A stretch of DNA of 64,000 bases, taken from positions 6,946,001 through 7,010,000 of the forward strand of contig NC_087438.1 of assembly GCF_036321535.1 (NCBI RefSeq). The letters are read 5' to 3'. Source of the DNA: Camelus dromedarius. Taxonomy: Eukaryota. Below, in pieces: positions 61,026 through 64,000 of the stretch (position 1 is its first letter; each line of letters opens with the position of its first letter). The position numbers were made by a program, and so were the translations under genes. The notes beneath the pieces were generated by a model. It did no database searches. It was not told the origin of the DNA and saw only the letters and a list, made by a program, of their open reading frames with translations.

Positions 61026-62503
61026 GCAATTATTTTTATTAAGGTGGGCACACAAGATTGCAGAGATGAAGCAGATGGTGAAAAACCAAACCTTTGAGAG
61101 TAAAGGCGTGAGCGGAAAACCACAGCCAGGTGGACTAGAGGTCAGGCAATCCAACCCACATTGGCAGAAACCTATGAGACTCCTCCAAACTCTTAAGGTT
61201 TAAAACTCTACCTATAATTCATTCATGTATTCCCTTAGTGAGAACTGCTATATGCAACTTCATTCATCTTCTTTCTTGCTCCACTACTCTCACCCTGTTC
61301 ACAAACCCTGCCGACCTACCCCTGAAATATCCGCTATGGTTCAAAACATGAGTCAAGCATGGAATTTAATTCCTCAAAATCAGCAACGAGTAACAAAGAA
61401 AATCTACACATCAATGCGAGAAAATTGGTTGAAAATGACATTCAAATGCTATTCAAGGATTTTTCATGCAATACAATGAAGTGAGACCAGCCAGAGAACA
61501 GGATGCTCTGGCCAGCAACTGCCAAATGAGGTGAAACCCACATGGGAGCAAGTGGCAACAAGGACAGAGAGCCCCGGAGAAGCCCCGCCCGCAGCTCCTG
61601 GCTTGGAGCGCGTGGGAAGTGAATGTTTGTTTTACCTACTTCACCTTTTCTGTTGGGGGGACTATACTGACCTTCTGTGTCCCCCAGTGATAGGATCTGT
61701 CACACCCTAACCACGGAGCCGAGTATGTGAGCAATCTAGGTCAAACAGGTTTTCCTTCCTGGGAACTCACCCTTGAAGGAGACACACAGGAGAGAGGGGA
61801 GTAGGAGCTGAATCATCGGATTGACAACCATACACTAGAGAGGTCATCTGGAAACTTTTGTTTCTAAGATCCCCAGAACTAGAAGTCCTATCCTCCCGAG
61901 GCCCAGTGGCTCCATCTTCCTTTGATTCTACAAGGTATTCCTGGTGTTTATCGCATCACTGTGCGTCATAGGATACACGTACACTACATACATTCTCCTA
62001 CATGGGTCAAAATTTCATAATCCATGTTAGAGAATAAAACAGCAAGAAAAAGAGAATTTCCAAAAGAGATTTATTTCAAGGCAGTGGGGTGGGACTCACT
62101 GCAGACTCAAATGAGGGGAAAGAATTATGGGCTAATTTTGCTAAGGAAAACGGAAACCATTAAAATTATTTAAGGGAACTGAAGAAATGCAAAATCAAAC
62201 CAAGTAAGGAGGGAAGTCAGTGCCATCTCAGCGAGACTGAGGGCTTCACTCAACTCACAGTTACTTCAGTAACTGGTAAGAGTTAACTTGACCCAGGAGG
62301 ACACAGGGTGCAAGTTCATCCCATTGGAAGGGTGTGGTCTAGGAGTCCCAGTAGTTCCCCATGGATGATTATTAAAAGGCTCCATATGTCCACCTGAAGC
62401 ACCAGAAGACTGGCGCATCCAGAGCATGGAACTCAGACGAAATTCTCCTAGAGAGAAGTGACATCTTTCTGCTAAGGCTGTGAACCCCATACATCTGGAA
62501 TGG

Positions 62504-62877
62504 TGTATTAGCTCAGGCTCTCATAACAAAACACCATGGACTGAATGACTTAAAGAACAGATTTGTATTTCTCACAGTTCTGGAGGATGGAAGTCCAAGA
62601 TCAAGGCACCCACATGGTCAGGTACGGGTGAAGACCCTCTTTCTGGCTTGCAGATGATGCCTTTGTCTTCACATAGATGAGAGAGGACAGAAGGAGAGAG
62701 ATAGCTCTCTGTATCTCTTCTTTAAAGGACACTAATCCCATCTTGAGGGCTCCACACTCATGACCTCATCTAAAACTAATTATCTCCTAAAGGCCTCACC
62801 TCCTAATGTCATCACATTGAGTATTAGGGCTTCAAAGTATGAATTTGAGGGGTGGGGACACAATTCAGTCCATAACA
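62504..62877 (-). mobile_element. MLT1A-type MaLR solo LTR
   Basis: TGTATTAG..CATAACAAAACACCA...TCTCACAGTTCTGGAGG..GGAAGTCCAAGATCAAGG...CATGACCTCATCTAA...AATTCAGTCCATAACA. Confidence 0.92.
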
Positions 62878-64000
62878 AACTGTAAAACTGTTTTTTTGGT
62901 GAGTGTCTCATTTACTCTTGGAAGATGTTAAGATGTATATAATCTATCTTGAAATAGTGCAATGCAATGTGTCAGTTTAAGTGACCCCTTAGGCACAGTC
63001 GGTTGCCTTATGGAGAACCCCAGCCTGAGGTCAGCATTCTACCAACAAGCCCACTGTACACCAAGAAGGCTACAGCAAAAGACCCAAATCTCCATCAACA
63101 CCCAAGATTTTTCTCATTAACATAGAAAGAGTCTGAAGGGGATTTTGTTAGTAAAATTAGTGGTACGCAAGTTAATGTGATTAAGTAAAATATGTTAGTA
63201 ACAATCCCCACACTTCATGAACAGGATAGAGGAAGCCAGTAAATAATGTCACCAACTTTTTATATCTTAAGACTCCCATGTCCACCATCAAGTTGGGAGA
63301 CATCTGTGGATAACATCATATCTTCCTCAGGTGAACTTCTGTGCAACATGGTCAGACCACCCACAAGATAGAGAAATGGGACTTCATGAGCTCACAGGCT
63401 TGATCATAGGAGTTTGTTTAATAAATATCCATATGGAGGGTAGAGTCAGGTTTGAGACCTGCTCCTATCACCTGGTTGGACCATCACCATCCACCTAAAA
63501 ATACCTGAGAGCTTCTGACAATCAGAGGACACCCAGCTCCCAAAAGAAGGTTAGAGTACAGATGCTTGTTTGCTACACTGAGGAATAAACATTGTATGTT
63601 ATACTGAGGAATATCCTGTGAGTGTTTGGTATTTAAAGTGTTTCGGGATAATTTGCCCTATCAGAACCAATGGATTCCCTTGGTGATTCCATTAAAATGT
63701 GCATCTTATTTTCGACTTGAGATTTTAAGCTGAAAGGTTTAAAAGAATTTGGCTAGGTTTGTAAACAGGGCTGGAATGCTTAAGAGAAGTTGAGATTTAC
63801 TATATCCATAAGTTTAATTTATGACTTTAACTACAGAGGCAAAATCAAATATATTATATTTAGAAATGCAGTAAAAATGTTTAAAGGAATTTAATTAACT
63901 AAGTTGTAAACAGGGCTGATTATTTAAGGTAGTCTGGTCTGTCCAACTGAAACACTAATAAAAGCACCCTTGAATAGGACTGTTAAAATTCACTGGATTT

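Noticed and set aside
1..64000. A novel multi-gene biological system, intact retrovirus, tRNA/rRNA gene or named host gene
   Set aside because: No gag/pol/env, no intact RNA gene and no chain of coding exons could be supported. The locus cannot be named from sequence alone.

Overview
Mammalian genomic DNA, intergenic or deep intronic. I found no protein-coding exon, intact RNA gene, CRISPR array or prokaryotic system that I can support. The repeats point to a cetartiodactyl, probably a camelid: there are cetartiodactyl-type L1 3' ends and a MER41-like LTR, and I saw no Alu, BovB, Bov-tA or PRE1 SINEs. Much of the window is decayed transposable element sequence: L1MC and L1MA LINEs, L2, MIR, MaLR/ERVL/ERV1 solo LTRs and hAT-type MER/Charlie elements. 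Several insertions are nested, with readable target-site duplications (TSDs). The unique DNA between them holds candidate regulatory sites (a consensus CTCF motif, TAAT-rich enhancer-like blocks, small CpG patches) and a few minus-strand splice-site pairs that could belong to a lncRNA. The most unusual observations are a highly diverged U1 snRNA-like relic (~46680-46830), a CpG-rich patch apparently built from an ancient L2 next to a MER41-like LTR (~11005-11813), a three-level TE nest (52270-55215) and a ~690-bp triplet-based repeat that keeps three long ORFs open. I found no evidence of a novel multi-gene system. Repeat family names come from my recall of consensus sequences, not from a database search, so subfamily labels and boundaries are approximate.
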